Translations under genes and position numbers: made by a program
DNA from: a virus
Reading direction: 5' to 3' (one strand)
IMG/VR virus record: IMGVR_UViG_3300012663_000526
Coordinates: 32,001-96,000 of that record
Length of the DNA: 64,000 bases
The notes under the pieces: generated by a model
Seen by the model: only the letters and a program-made list of their open reading frames with translations
Databases searched by the model: none
What the model was told of the DNA's origin: nothing
Shown here: positions 49,605 to 59,800 of the stretch, in pieces
Layout of the letters: each line of letters begins with the position of its first letter
How positions within the stretch are numbered: the stretch's first letter is position 1

Positions 49605-49974
49605 TAAACTATACGGCGTTGCCTATCCAATATCTGGACTTTTTTATAAAACAGAAAGAGGATATTTTTATATCAGGTCAGGCAAAAGATATAAGGTTTA
49701 TTCTGATAGGTGCTTTATTTCCTGGGGAGTAAAGGCAATAGAGTCTGACTTTATTAATATCTCTAAGATGCCTTACGCTGGAATACTAGGCTTTAGAGAC
49801 GGCACAATCATTCATAACCTTGCAGATGGTAAAATATATATAGTGTCTGATAATAAAAAGCTTCACATAAAGACTCCAGATGCCTTCCCAGAAGGATGGA
49901 TTGAGGCAAATAAAGTTATTGTTAGCGAAACAGAAGTTGATCTTCATAAGGAAGGGGTGGCAATAATTGGTTAG
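49549..49974 (+). CDS. Hypothetical protein with two internal repeats
   Basis: SGLFYKTERGYFYI.SGKRY versus DGTIIHNLADGKIYIVSDNKKL. Confidence 0.6.
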   Translation: MSILKKFYKRSQKPLTVSNKLYGVAYPISGLFYKTERGYFYIRSGKRYKVYSDRCFISWGVKAIESDFINISKMPYAGILGFRDGTIIHNLADGKIYIVSDNKKLHIKTPDAFPEGWIEANKVIVSETEVDLHKEGVAIIG

Positions 49975-50431
49975 TGTAAACGTACAAGAGTTTAGTGCAA
50001 ACAGTCCATTAGACTATGCAGACCTAAATAAGCTAGTATTGGCAATTAAAACAATTGCATCAGCAATGCCAACAATTACCACATCAGCTCCTGCTGGAAG
50101 TACTACAGCAAATGTGGCAAATACCGCTTCAACAATTTTAACTGGATCGTATCAAATAACAAACGCCCCAGCCCTTGGCGCAAAGGGTATAGGAGGAAAC
50201 TATACTGTTCCCTTCATGCGTGACAATAAGCCAGTAACATTTTCATCTCCCCCATTTGTTGTTGCATGGGCAGCAACAGCTAATCCTGGATCTGGAATGG
50301 CAATTCTTAATAAGAATGGCGTTACAACAACAACAAATTTTCCAGTTAGAGGTGGATGGGTTTCAAGAACAATCACTGGAAACTTTTACGTTCAGTACAT
50401 AGCAATTGGCACTGAAATTCCATCTGCATAA
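49967..50431 (+). CDS. Hypothetical protein, possible short fibre/lectin-like
   Basis: PLD..DLN N-terminus; F..PP.V.A...F...V.YIAIG C-terminus. Confidence 0.6.
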   Translation: MVSVNVQEFSANSPLDYADLNKLVLAIKTIASAMPTITTSAPAGSTTANVANTASTILTGSYQITNAPALGAKGIGGNYTVPFMRDNKPVTFSSPPFVVAWAATANPGSGMAILNKNGVTTTTNFPVRGGWVSRTITGNFYVQYIAIGTEIPSA

Positions 50432-50435
50432 TAGA

Positions 50436-50464
50436 TTGTAATATCTAAAGTCTTATAGTATAAT
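50436..50464 (+). promoter_or_regulatory. sigmaA-type promoter
   Basis: TTGTAA-17-TATAAT before the HNH gene. Confidence 0.55.
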
Positions 50465-50473
50465 AGTTATAGT

Positions 50474-50749
50474 ATGACACGGTATCAGCCGATTAAAAGC
50501 TGGCATCAAAGAAATACTATGATTAGTCGTAATGGCTATATCCTTGTATGGGTGCCAGAACATCCCAAAGCCTTCGCAGGAGGCTGGTATTACGAACACG
50601 TTTTAGTCATAGAGAAAGAGATGGATAGAATGGTTAAGTCTACTGAAACTATTCATCATATAGACGAAGATAAAACAAATAATCAAACATATAACCTATT
50701 TATATGTTCAAGAAGAGAGCACGACAAAGCGCATAGACAATGTGCTTGA
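50474..50749 (+). CDS. HNH endonuclease (free-standing)
   Basis: GY..V..PEHP...YEH.LV.E...E.IHHIDEDK.NN...NL......EH...H. Confidence 0.88.
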   Translation: MTRYQPIKSWHQRNTMISRNGYILVWVPEHPKAFAGGWYYEHVLVIEKEMDRMVKSTETIHHIDEDKTNNQTYNLFICSRREHDKAHRQCA

Positions 50750-50774
50750 CATAATAGAAACAATAGATTATTAT
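50746..50774 (+). promoter_or_regulatory. Consensus sigmaA promoter
   Basis: TTGACA-17-TATTAT. Confidence 0.7.
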
Positions 50775-50824
50775 TAAATAAAGGCGACGAAGAGTCGTCT
50801 TTCTACATATATGAACGGATTTTT

Positions 50825-51649
50825 ATGACACAAGCAAAGAATGACCTTAAATGGATGCTCTCATCAGATCAACAGTTTCCATATCAAGATGATAAGATGA
50901 TTGAGCTTTGGTTTAAGGTAATGAAATGGTTTAAGCCAGACGTTGTAGACTACCTTGGCGACACAGACGATCAGGCATGCTACAGCAGATATACTGAAGG
51001 CAAGCCAACAGAATTTTTAAAGGCTTATAAGAATGATGACGTTACAAATGATTTAGAGTTAATGATTAAGGATATGAGAATTGAAGCAAGCGGAGCAAGA
51101 GAGTTTTATGCTCGAACAAGAAAGCTCGCTCCAAAGGCACAGCTTTTTTCTGCTTTAGGTAATCACGATATTAGAATCTTTGACTACTTAGATAAAAAGA
51201 TTCCAGAGTATGCAAAGCATGTAACTCCAGAAGCTTTATGGAGCCTAGATTCTTTGGGTTATGAATATATCTATTACGACAGCCTGCCAAGGAGACGTTT
51301 TGGAGATATTCACGTTCATCATGGTATGTCAATAGCAGCAGGCGGTGCAGTTAGAAAAGATATGGAAGATATGCAGGTGTCACTGATCAGAGGACATTCT
51401 CATAGAATTGCATCTCATATGGTCACCTATGAACTTAGAAACAACGGTCAGGGAGAAACTCTTCGTGGCTACGAGATTGGTCACATGTGTGACGAAAAGG
51501 GTCCAGGAATGAAGTATACTCAGCATCATGACTGGCAAAAAGGTTTTGCTATTGCTCATATCGAGAATGGAAACTACCCACATATTCAAATGATTCACGT
51601 TTCACCAGACTATACCTGTGTAGTCGATGGAAAGAAATTTACACTATAA
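50825..51649 (+). CDS. Calcineurin-like metallophosphoesterase
   Basis: SDQQ, GDxxD, GNHD, HG and GHSH motifs. Confidence 0.88.
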   Translation: MTQAKNDLKWMLSSDQQFPYQDDKMIELWFKVMKWFKPDVVDYLGDTDDQACYSRYTEGKPTEFLKAYKNDDVTNDLELMIKDMRIEASGAREFYARTRKLAPKAQLFSALGNHDIRIFDYLDKKIPEYAKHVTPEALWSLDSLGYEYIYYDSLPRRRFGDIHVHHGMSIAAGGAVRKDMEDMQVSLIRGHSHRIASHMVTYELRNNGQGETLRGYEIGHMCDEKGPGMKYTQHHDWQKGFAIAHIENGNYPHIQMIHVSPDYTCVVDGKKFTL

Positions 51650-51721
51650 GAATTCGTAGCAAAACTACGATAGAAAGAAAATGCTCTAGCAATAGGGCAC
51701 AAACAGTATAAGGAGAAAAAC

Positions 51722-52129
51722 ATGGATGGATTAGTAATTTTTGGTGCCTCATTGGTTACCATTGTTGCAACATCTCTAATTAAGACAGTAAGAATGTCAC
51801 CTAAGTCAAAGAGCACACTAGCACTTGTAACCAGCGCAGTAGCAGGAATTGCAACAGCATGGATCCAAAGCGGTGCATCTTTATTTAGTGGAGATTCGCT
51901 TCAGTCTGCTATGCTAGTATTTGGTACCTCACAAGCTATCTATAACTTGGTTCTAAAGGGTACACCTGCAGACGCTATTTTGGAAAAGTCATTTGGCGGA
52001 GGAAATAAGTCAGTTGCTCAAGCAACATCAATGGCTTCACTTCTTTCAGATATTGTAAAGACAAATAAGCCAGCAGCAAAGAAAACAACAGCAAAGAAAG
52101 CATCTGTAAAAAAGACCTCAGATAAGTAG
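51722..52129 (+). CDS. Putative holin with Lys/Ala-rich C-terminal tail
   Basis: Three hydrophobic segments; AAGGAG SD; KPAAKKTTAKKASVKK tail. Confidence 0.6.
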   Translation: MDGLVIFGASLVTIVATSLIKTVRMSPKSKSTLALVTSAVAGIATAWIQSGASLFSGDSLQSAMLVFGTSQAIYNLVLKGTPADAILEKSFGGGNKSVAQATSMASLLSDIVKTNKPAAKKTTAKKASVKKTSDK

Positions 52130-52137
52130 GTCTAGAT

Positions 52138-52323
52138 ATGAGATGCAAAAGATGCCTTGGTTCCGTGTTCTTAGACAGAGTATTTTCTCAGAAATTACAC
52201 GTAGAACTTTTTTGCATCAGGTGTGGTAAAAGATGGATGTTAGATAAAGAGAGGAATGCATTAGGTAGATGGCTAGACGCAAAGGAAAGACGCTATCTAA
52301 AAAAGTCAGGTATTTCTTCGTAA
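52138..52323 (+). CDS. Zn-ribbon protein
   Basis: CxxC...CxxCG. Confidence 0.7.
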   Translation: MRCKRCLGSVFLDRVFSQKLHVELFCIRCGKRWMLDKERNALGRWLDAKERRYLKKSGISS

Positions 52324-52787
52324 ACGAAATGCTGCATAAAACGCTGCATGTAAATCGTAGTAGTGATATTGTGACGGCGTGGTGTTATTCTCAAAAGAGA
52401 AGAACTGCCTACTCTTGGTCTGAGACTCAAAAGGGTATGGAAAAAGCCTACACAATCACAGAAGTAGCTAACATTCTAAATCGTCACAGAATGACGATAG
52501 ATAAATATATTCGTGATGGAATAATTAGAACTCCAGAAAGAAGTTATAAGATTGACGGTAAGTTTGACTCTTACGGCAAATACTTTTTTTCTGAAAAAGA
52601 GGTTCTAGAACTTCACGACTATTGCTCAACGGTCAGTGTAGGGAGGCCACGCAAGGATGGATTAGTAAATTCATCTGGTCTCCCTACCAGATCTGAGGTT
52701 AGATCAATGCTAAAAGAAACATCAACATTATATATAAAAAATGACTCAGGGGAATTTATTCCAGTTTGGAAGGAAAACGTATGGTAA
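52269..52787 (+). CDS. Helix-turn-helix DNA-binding protein (MerR/excisionase-like)
   Basis: YTITEVA.ILNRHRMTI..YI..G.I. Confidence 0.75.
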   Translation: MARRKGKTLSKKVRYFFVNEMLHKTLHVNRSSDIVTAWCYSQKRRTAYSWSETQKGMEKAYTITEVANILNRHRMTIDKYIRDGIIRTPERSYKIDGKFDSYGKYFFSEKEVLELHDYCSTVSVGRPRKDGLVNSSGLPTRSEVRSMLKETSTLYIKNDSGEFIPVWKENVW

Positions 52788-53086
52788 GAAAGCGGAAGAA
52801 GAAACAGGAATATACACTTCCTCAAACTGAATTCAATATTGCAAAGAACAGTAGCCTATATTTAAAGAACGCAGCAACTATGTTGTCTAAGGCTGCATCT
52901 ATTGCTGAGATGTCTAATGATACAGACACACTTCTTCAAATAGCTGGAGCGTGGCTAGAAATTGGTAAAGAAGATAAGAGATCAAAGAAGCCTAAGAAAA
53001 AGCCTCAATTGTCAGTTGGCTTTACACCGCTTATAGAACGTGATATTATTGAAGAAGAAGAGGATGAGGATTACGACTATGAGTGA
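52781..53086 (+). CDS. Hypothetical protein
   Basis: AAGGA SD before ATG 52781. Confidence 0.6.
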   Translation: MVRKRKKKQEYTLPQTEFNIAKNSSLYLKNAATMLSKAASIAEMSNDTDTLLQIAGAWLEIGKEDKRSKKPKKKPQLSVGFTPLIERDIIEEEEDEDYDYE

Positions 53087-53282
53087 GAACACAAAAGTAA
53101 AAGTAGATTTACAGTACACACGTAACCTTGGCAACTATGAAAGTATCAAGGTTAGCATTGGTGTAGAAGATTTTTTGCGGTCAGAAGAGAATGTAGATAA
53201 AGCTACTGAGCGTGTATACGCATTTGTGGAGGGTAAGCTAATCGAAAAAATGCAGGAGATTGAAAAGGAGCTTAAGTCTTAA
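53079..53282 (+). CDS. Hypothetical protein (TRNLGNYES motif)
   Basis: GAGGA SD; motif common in actinophage replication regions. Confidence 0.65.
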   Translation: MSENTKVKVDLQYTRNLGNYESIKVSIGVEDFLRSEENVDKATERVYAFVEGKLIEKMQEIEKELKS

Positions 53283-53617
53283 TGGCTAAAGAAGAGGCGA
53301 GACAACCATACATCCTCATCTCAATCTATGAGATGCTATATAAGGAAAAATATAATCGTGCTCCTAAGATTAATAAGTATCGTGAAAAGTGGGCTATGCA
53401 GGATGTTATTGATAGTATAGGTTTTGATCGTGCAAGAGATGTTATAGAGTATTACTTTAGGACAAATAGGCCAGGACACCCACTTCAACATTTCTTCTTT
53501 AATTTTGACAAGCTTGACCATGTAATGCTAGAATTAGACAAAGACAAGTTAGCTAGAGAAAAGCTAAGAATGCAAACAAAACAAATGGTAGAAGAAAGAG
53601 AATCACTTGAACACTGA
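53282..53617 (+). CDS. Hypothetical protein, possible helicase loader
   Basis: Coupled directly upstream of DnaB; function inferred from position only. Confidence 0.55.
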   Translation: MAKEEARQPYILISIYEMLYKEKYNRAPKINKYREKWAMQDVIDSIGFDRARDVIEYYFRTNRPGHPLQHFFFNFDKLDHVMLELDKDKLAREKLRMQTKQMVEERESLEH

Positions 53618-54866
53618 AGCGGCAGTAATTAGTGCGGTATGTAAGAATAAGGATATCTCTGTTCTTATGCAGGAGAATGTAGACGATCTTTTCCAATCGC
53701 ATAAAGATGTTTGGGAAGGCTTAAAGTCCTATTACTCTAAGTTCAAGTCTGTTCCAGAAGCAGATGTTCTATCAGATAAGTTCAGAGACTTTGATGCAAT
53801 TGCTACTAATGCGGAGACTGGATACTACTTAGACCAGTTAAAGAACGAATTCCTTTCTGGAAAGATTAGAAATCTATTATTAAATACAGGTTCAGCCCTT
53901 AAAGAAAATGCTGCTTCTCGTGTAGTTGCTGATATGCAAAAAGAAATATCAAAGCTTGGTAAGTACACAAACAACGTAAGAGACGTAGACCTAACAGACT
54001 ATGAGAGTGCACAAAAGCATATCATGGCACTACGTGAGCGCTCAGATGCTATGGGAGGCTCTCCAGGTATTGCTACAGGGTTTAAGGCTATGGATATTGC
54101 ATACCCAACTGGTATGGCTCCTGGACACCTAATCGTGGCTATTGGATGGCCAGGACGTGGTAAGACATGGCTTACATCTTACCTTGCATGTAAAGCTTGG
54201 GAGCAAGGATTTAAGCCAATGATCGTATCCCTTGAAATGTCTCCTGAGAATATGCGTGATCGTATTTATACAATGCTAGGTTCAGGACAATTTAGGGCTA
54301 GTGATTTTGCTCGTGGAGATGTTAACATTGACGACTTTAGTGCATGGGGTAAAAAGCGTTTTGCCGATAAGCGTGGATTCATTTTGGTGTCTAATGAGGG
54401 AATGGCTGATGTCACTCCAGCAACAGTGCAGGCTAAGATTGACCAGCACAAACCAGACTTAGTTATCCTTGATTATCACCAGCTATTCACAGATACTAAA
54501 AGAAGCAACGGTGCTACAGAGCGTAACATGAATATTTCTCGTGAGTTCAAAATGCTAGCCGTAAGTAATAATATTCCAGTAATTGATATTACTGCAGCAA
54601 CTATGGACGATGTATCAGATCAAGATGCACCACCAATGTTGTCTCAGGTCGCTTGGTCAAAGGCTATCGAATATGATGCGGATATGGCTATTGCTATCCA
54701 CAAGCATACCGATACAGACCTTATTGAGGTGGTTTCTAGAAAGAATAGACATGGAAAAAACTTCTCATTCTATTTAAATTGGGACATTGACAGGGGTATA
54801 ATTGAAGAAGTATACCAGAACGGAAGTCAGAATGACCCACAGAAAGATTCACCGATTTCAGGTTAA
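53607..54866 (+). CDS. dnaB: Replicative DNA helicase (DnaB family)
   Basis: GWPGRGKT Walker A, SLEM, LVILDY, IEYDAD, KNRHG. Confidence 0.93.
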   Translation: MNTEAAVISAVCKNKDISVLMQENVDDLFQSHKDVWEGLKSYYSKFKSVPEADVLSDKFRDFDAIATNAETGYYLDQLKNEFLSGKIRNLLLNTGSALKENAASRVVADMQKEISKLGKYTNNVRDVDLTDYESAQKHIMALRERSDAMGGSPGIATGFKAMDIAYPTGMAPGHLIVAIGWPGRGKTWLTSYLACKAWEQGFKPMIVSLEMSPENMRDRIYTMLGSGQFRASDFARGDVNIDDFSAWGKKRFADKRGFILVSNEGMADVTPATVQAKIDQHKPDLVILDYHQLFTDTKRSNGATERNMNISREFKMLAVSNNIPVIDITAATMDDVSDQDAPPMLSQVAWSKAIEYDADMAIAIHKHTDTDLIEVVSRKNRHGKNFSFYLNWDIDRGIIEEVYQNGSQNDPQKDSPISG

Positions 54867-55161
54867 CGGCATCATACGTGATGACGCAGACTTTATACGA
54901 CTAAGAAATCAGTACGAGAATTTATTAACTCACCAGATGAGGATAACTGGATATGTCAGGGCACTTGACATAAACCCAGCCTTTTCGGTACAATTTAATA
55001 CTATAGAGCAAAATTACAACTTCGTGTTTACAATGCATGGAGTCTTCGTGGGAAAGAGAAAAGCGTGGCATTCAGAGGGAATGGTTCAGGGTCAACTGAT
55101 ACACAGATATACGCCCCATTACAAATCAGAGCTGTCCTCAGAGCGATCAATGTCGAAATAG
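54832..55161 (+). CDS. Hypothetical protein
   Basis: Between helicase and primase. Confidence 0.6.
   Translation: MTHRKIHRFQVNGIIRDDADFIRLRNQYENLLTHQMRITGYVRALDINPAFSVQFNTIEQNYNFVFTMHGVFVGKRKAWHSEGMVQGQLIHRYTPHYKSELSSERSMSK
54965..54994 (+). promoter_or_regulatory. Intragenic promoter candidate upstream of primase
   Basis: TTGACA-18-TACAAT. Confidence 0.45.
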
Positions 55162-56066
55162 TTTCACAAACTGGCAATGACTTTCTATGCCTTTGCCCAT
55201 TTCACGGAAATAGAAATACTCCAAGTTTTAGCGTAAGCAAAGAGCGTGGTGCATTTATCTGTTTTAATCCATCATGCGGAGAAGCAGGAAGCATTATTGA
55301 GTTAGTAAAAAAAATGACAGATAGAAATGACTTTGAATCTATTAGGCTTATTGCTTCTAAGGAAGAAGAGATTGTAGAAGATTTTGAAGAAAGACTTTCT
55401 GACATGTTGGTAGACTCAGAAGATCTAAAAGAGTTTGATATGGCTATTATTACCAAGCTATCTTCTGAAATGTCAGGCAGTAACGCTGGAAGAGATTACA
55501 TGCATATACGTGGATTCAATGATCAGACAATATTGGATTTTGATATTGGATTCTCTTCAAACCAACAGATGGTCACAGTTCCAGTTCACAGTGCAGACGG
55601 AAAGTGTATTGGAATTGTAGGAAGACACATAACAGAAAAAAGATTTAAGAATTCACCAGGCTTGCCAAAGAGCAAAACTGTATTCAATATACATAGAGCT
55701 AAGAAGGTAAGTCCAGTGGCTATAGTTACAGAGGCATCTTTTGATGCTATGAGATTACATCAGGCTGGCTTTCCAAATGGAGTTGCTACTCTTGGTGGAC
55801 ACATCTCTAATGATAGTATTAACCTTTTAAATAAATATTTTACTAAGGTTATTATTATGACAGACAATGACCAAGCAGGCAGAGAGCTTGGATTGGCAAT
55901 TGTAAAGAAGCTAAAGGGCAAAGAAGTCCTATGGGCAGTTTACGATCAAAGTACAATATATCCGCATGGAGCAAAAGATGTTGGCGATATGACTGATGAG
56001 GAAATTAAACATTGTGTAAACAATGCTATACCCCATTACGAGTACTCCAATAATATGATACAATAG
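55065..56066 (+). CDS. dnaG: DNA primase (CHC2 zinc finger plus TOPRIM)
   Basis: CPFH...TPSF...CF..C; TEASFD; TDNDQAG; KD..D. Confidence 0.92.
   Translation: MAFRGNGSGSTDTQIYAPLQIRAVLRAINVEIVSQTGNDFLCLCPFHGNRNTPSFSVSKERGAFICFNPSCGEAGSIIELVKKMTDRNDFESIRLIASKEEEIVEDFEERLSDMLVDSEDLKEFDMAIITKLSSEMSGSNAGRDYMHIRGFNDQTILDFDIGFSSNQQMVTVPVHSADGKCIGIVGRHITEKRFKNSPGLPKSKTVFNIHRAKKVSPVAIVTEASFDAMRLHQAGFPNGVATLGGHISNDSINLLNKYFTKVIIMTDNDQAGRELGLAIVKKLKGKEVLWAVYDQSTIYPHGAKDVGDMTDEEIKHCVNNAIPHYEYSNNMIQ
56056..56064 (+). promoter_or_regulatory. Extended -10 promoter for ssb
   Basis: TGATACAAT; AAGGAG SD downstream. Confidence 0.5.
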
Positions 56067-56114
56067 AAGTAACGGGGCATTTATAGCCTCAACTATAAAA
56101 GGAGAATATATAAA

Positions 56115-56792
56115 ATGAGTATCGTTCGTGGTCTTAAGAATATGAATAAGACATTAGATAAACCAACTTATAACAGCGGTGAAAGCTCAAAGGCTCGCTG
56201 GCTTAAGCTTGAAGATGGAGAGAGCATTAAGATTCGCTTTCTACAAGAGTTAGATCCTGACTCACCAACATATGACGAAAAGATGGGCCTAGGTTTTATT
56301 GCACTAGAGCATACCAATCCAAAAGATTATCGTCGCAAGGCACTAGACACAATGGAATCAGACGGCAGAGACTGGGCTAATGAACAGCACCGTAAGGACC
56401 CTAAAGCAGGCTGGAAGGCTCGTAGCCGCCTTTATATCAATGTCCTAGTAGATGACGGCAAGGAAGAGCCATACGTGGCTATCCTGTCTCAAGGAACAAG
56501 CGCAAAGACAATCACTCCAACTCTTATCGAGTATGCTGGAGAAATGGGAAGTATCTCGAATTGCACATGGCGTATTAAGCGCACAGGAACAAAGACAGAT
56601 ACAAGTTACACAATCATTCCACTTGCTAAGGATGAAACACCATTTGATGCATCAGGATTAGAATTAATTGATCTTGAAAAAAGCGCAGTCAGATATGTAC
56701 CTTATGCAGAGCAAGAAGCTTTCTACCTATATGGTGATGGCGGAGCTGCAGAAGAATCAACAGAGACAACAACCTCTAACCTAGAGTGGTAA
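56115..56792 (+). CDS. Single-stranded DNA-binding protein (gp32-like)
   Basis: W.KL.DGES.KIRF, W..R.R.YINV, I.R.G..TDT.Y; acidic C-terminal tail ending in W. Confidence 0.8.
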   Translation: MSIVRGLKNMNKTLDKPTYNSGESSKARWLKLEDGESIKIRFLQELDPDSPTYDEKMGLGFIALEHTNPKDYRRKALDTMESDGRDWANEQHRKDPKAGWKARSRLYINVLVDDGKEEPYVAILSQGTSAKTITPTLIEYAGEMGSISNCTWRIKRTGTKTDTSYTIIPLAKDETPFDASGLELIDLEKSAVRYVPYAEQEAFYLYGDGGAAEESTETTTSNLEW

Positions 56793-56802
56793 AAAATTAA
56801 TC

Positions 56803-56828
56803 TATAGGGGGGCGAAAGCCCCCCTATA
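56803..56828 (+). terminator. Strong hairpin between ssb and dnaE (terminator or stabiliser, no U-tract)
   Basis: tataggggggc-GAAA-gcccccctata; perfect 11-bp stem. Confidence 0.7.
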
Positions 56829-56842
56829 AGTAATGGAGAATA

Positions 56843-59800
56843 ATGAAAGACTTTACACACCTTCACGTTCATAGCTATTATAGCCTTATGGATGGGTTGA
56901 ATTCGCCTGCAGAATTAATGCAGGCAGCAAAAGATCTTGGACATACATCTATTGCCATTACTGACCACGGAACTTTATCTTCTCACAGAGAAATGCAAAT
57001 TGCGGCGGAAGAACAAGGATTAAAACCTATCCTAGGTTTAGAAGCATACATATCGCCTACAGACAGGTTTGATAAGTCGTCTAAGACAGATAAGAGTGTT
57101 CAGGCTTATAACCACATCATCTTGCTAGCAAAAGATGAAAATGGATTAAAGAATTTAAATAGGCTTTCAGAGATTGCGTGGACTGAAGGATATTATCATA
57201 AGCCTAGAATTGACAGAGAAATTTTGGCTGAATATAAAGAAGGAATCATTGCACTGTCTGGATGCATGAATGGTCTTATCTCAAAAGCAATTATTCGTGA
57301 AGAGTATGACGAAGCAAAGGCACTTGCTAAATGGTTTAAAGATACATTTGGTAATGACTTTTATATGGAAGTACAGCCGCATAACCCACAAGATCTTAAT
57401 AAAAAGCTGCTAGAGCTTGCAGATGCTTATGGCATTAAGCCTATTGCAACAGCAGACTGTCACTATGCTAAGGCAGAAGATCGTGCAACAGAAGAGGCTA
57501 TGCTTATTCTTTCAACATCACCAAAGATTAATAAAGATGCAGACTTTGAGGCATCACGAAAGATGACAAACATTTTTGAAAGACTAAATTACCTATACCC
57601 AGAAAGAAAAATATCTTTCCAGGATATCAATGTGTATGTTTCTTCAAGAGAAGAGATGCAAAAAGATTTTGTTGAGCAGGGGTTTACTAGAACTGATATC
57701 TATGACAACACTTTAGAGGTTTCAGATAAGATTGGCTCATATGAATTTAGAAGAGGCTTAGACTTACTCCCAGTACCAAAGACAAATGCTGACAACAAGC
57801 TAAAAGAGTTGGCATTAAATAGTCTTAAGGAGAAGGGACTAAATAAAGAGTCTCACGGAAATGATGAGTATGAGCTTAGACTAGATGAAGAATTACAAAT
57901 CATCAAGGATAAAAGTTTTGCTTCGTACTTCTTGGTTGTTGCCGATATGATTAACTTTGCAAAGAACAAAGATATCATGGTTGGTCCAGGACGTGGATCT
58001 GCTGCTGGCTCATTAGTCTGCTACTTACTTGGCATTACTACTGTAGATCCAGTAAAATTTGATTTGTTGTTCTTCCGTTTTATCAATCCAGAGCGTAATG
58101 ACTTTCCTGATATTGATACAGACTTTGAGGATCGACGTAGAAAAGAAGTTAAAGAGTATTTGAGAAAGAAGTTTAAGCACGTAGCTTCTATCTCAACGTT
58201 TACATATTTCAAGGATAAAGGAGTCGTAAGAGATGCTGCTCGTGTATTTGGAGTACCACTATCTGAAGTTAATAAAGCGCTTAAGCAAGTTGACACGTTC
58301 GAAGAGTTCGAAACAAGCCCAAACGCATTCTGGTTCAGAGAAAGATATCCAGAAGTAACTGAACTAGCAAGAAGTCTTCGTGGCAAGATACGAAGTGTTG
58401 GTATGCATGCTGCTGGAATGGTAGTTGCAAAAGACGAACTTGTAAAGTTTGCACCAATTGAAACTAGATCTGATAAGGATGATGACGTCAGCGGACGAAT
58501 CCCTGTTGTCGCATACGATATGGATACTGTTGCAGACATTGGTCTTATTAAGATCGACGCACTTGGATTAAAAACATTATCAGTTATATCTGACACACTA
58601 AAGATGATTAGTGACAGGCATGGAAAGCATATTGATTTAGAGTCACTAGACCTAACTGATCCAAAAATATTTGAAGATCTATCAAAAGGATTTACAAAAG
58701 GTATCTTCCAGGCAGAAGCAACACCATACACAAACCTTCTAATAAAGATGGGTGTTAGTACCTTTGAAGACTTGGCTGCCTCAAATGCTTTGGTTCGTCC
58801 AGGAGCAATGAATACTGTAGGTCATGCATACATAGCCCGTAAAAAGGGACAGGAAGATATTGTTTATCAGCACGAAATAATGAGACAGTTTACGGAGAGA
58901 ACTTATGGCGTTATTATTTACCAGGAACAAGTTATGCAAGCATGCGTACACCTTGGCGGTATGTCCATGTCGGAAGCAGATAAAGTTAGAAAGATCATTG
59001 GAAAGAAAAAAGATGCTAAAGAGTTTGATGAGTTTAAGGAAAGATTCGTTGAAGGCGCTTCAAAGCATATTCCAGTCAAAACTGCTGAAGAGCTTTGGCA
59101 TGACTTCGAAGCACACTCTGGATATTCCTTTAATCGCTCTCATGCTATTGCTTACTCTCTTCTTAGTTATTGGACTGCTTGGTTAAAGCACTACTATCCT
59201 ACAGAGTTTATGTTTGCAATTCTTAGAAACGAGCATGACAAAGATGCACGTACTGAGTACCTTATTGAGGCAAAGAGACTTGGAATCAAGATTCTACTTC
59301 CTCACGTAAATGAATCAGATTTAGATTTTAAGATTCAAAAAGATGCAATTAGATTTGGTCTTTCAAATATTAAGTTTATATCTGATAATATTGGTAAGAA
59401 GTTGATGGAAGCTGGTCCATTTAAATCCTATAAAGATTTAGAAGATAAAGCTTCTGTTAAAGGTAGTGGAATTAACTCCAGAGCTTTAGCAGCACTAAAC
59501 TCAATTGGAGCAGCAGCTTTTGAAGATAATCCACGAACTGGTAAAGAGTCAGAGAACCTATATGAGTATCTAAGTATTCCAAAGTTTGATCTTGGAAGAG
59601 TGTCTCCACACATTAAGGCACAGGTCACAGCACTTGAAGACTTCGAAGAGCGTGGAACATTCGTTATGCTTGCTATGGTTAAGGGAATCAAGAAGGGCAA
59701 CGGATGGTCCAGAATCGAAATGGTAGACGAGACTGGAACTATTGGAGTATTCCATACGGAGCAAACACAAATTGAAGTCGGCAACATGTACTTCTTCTTG

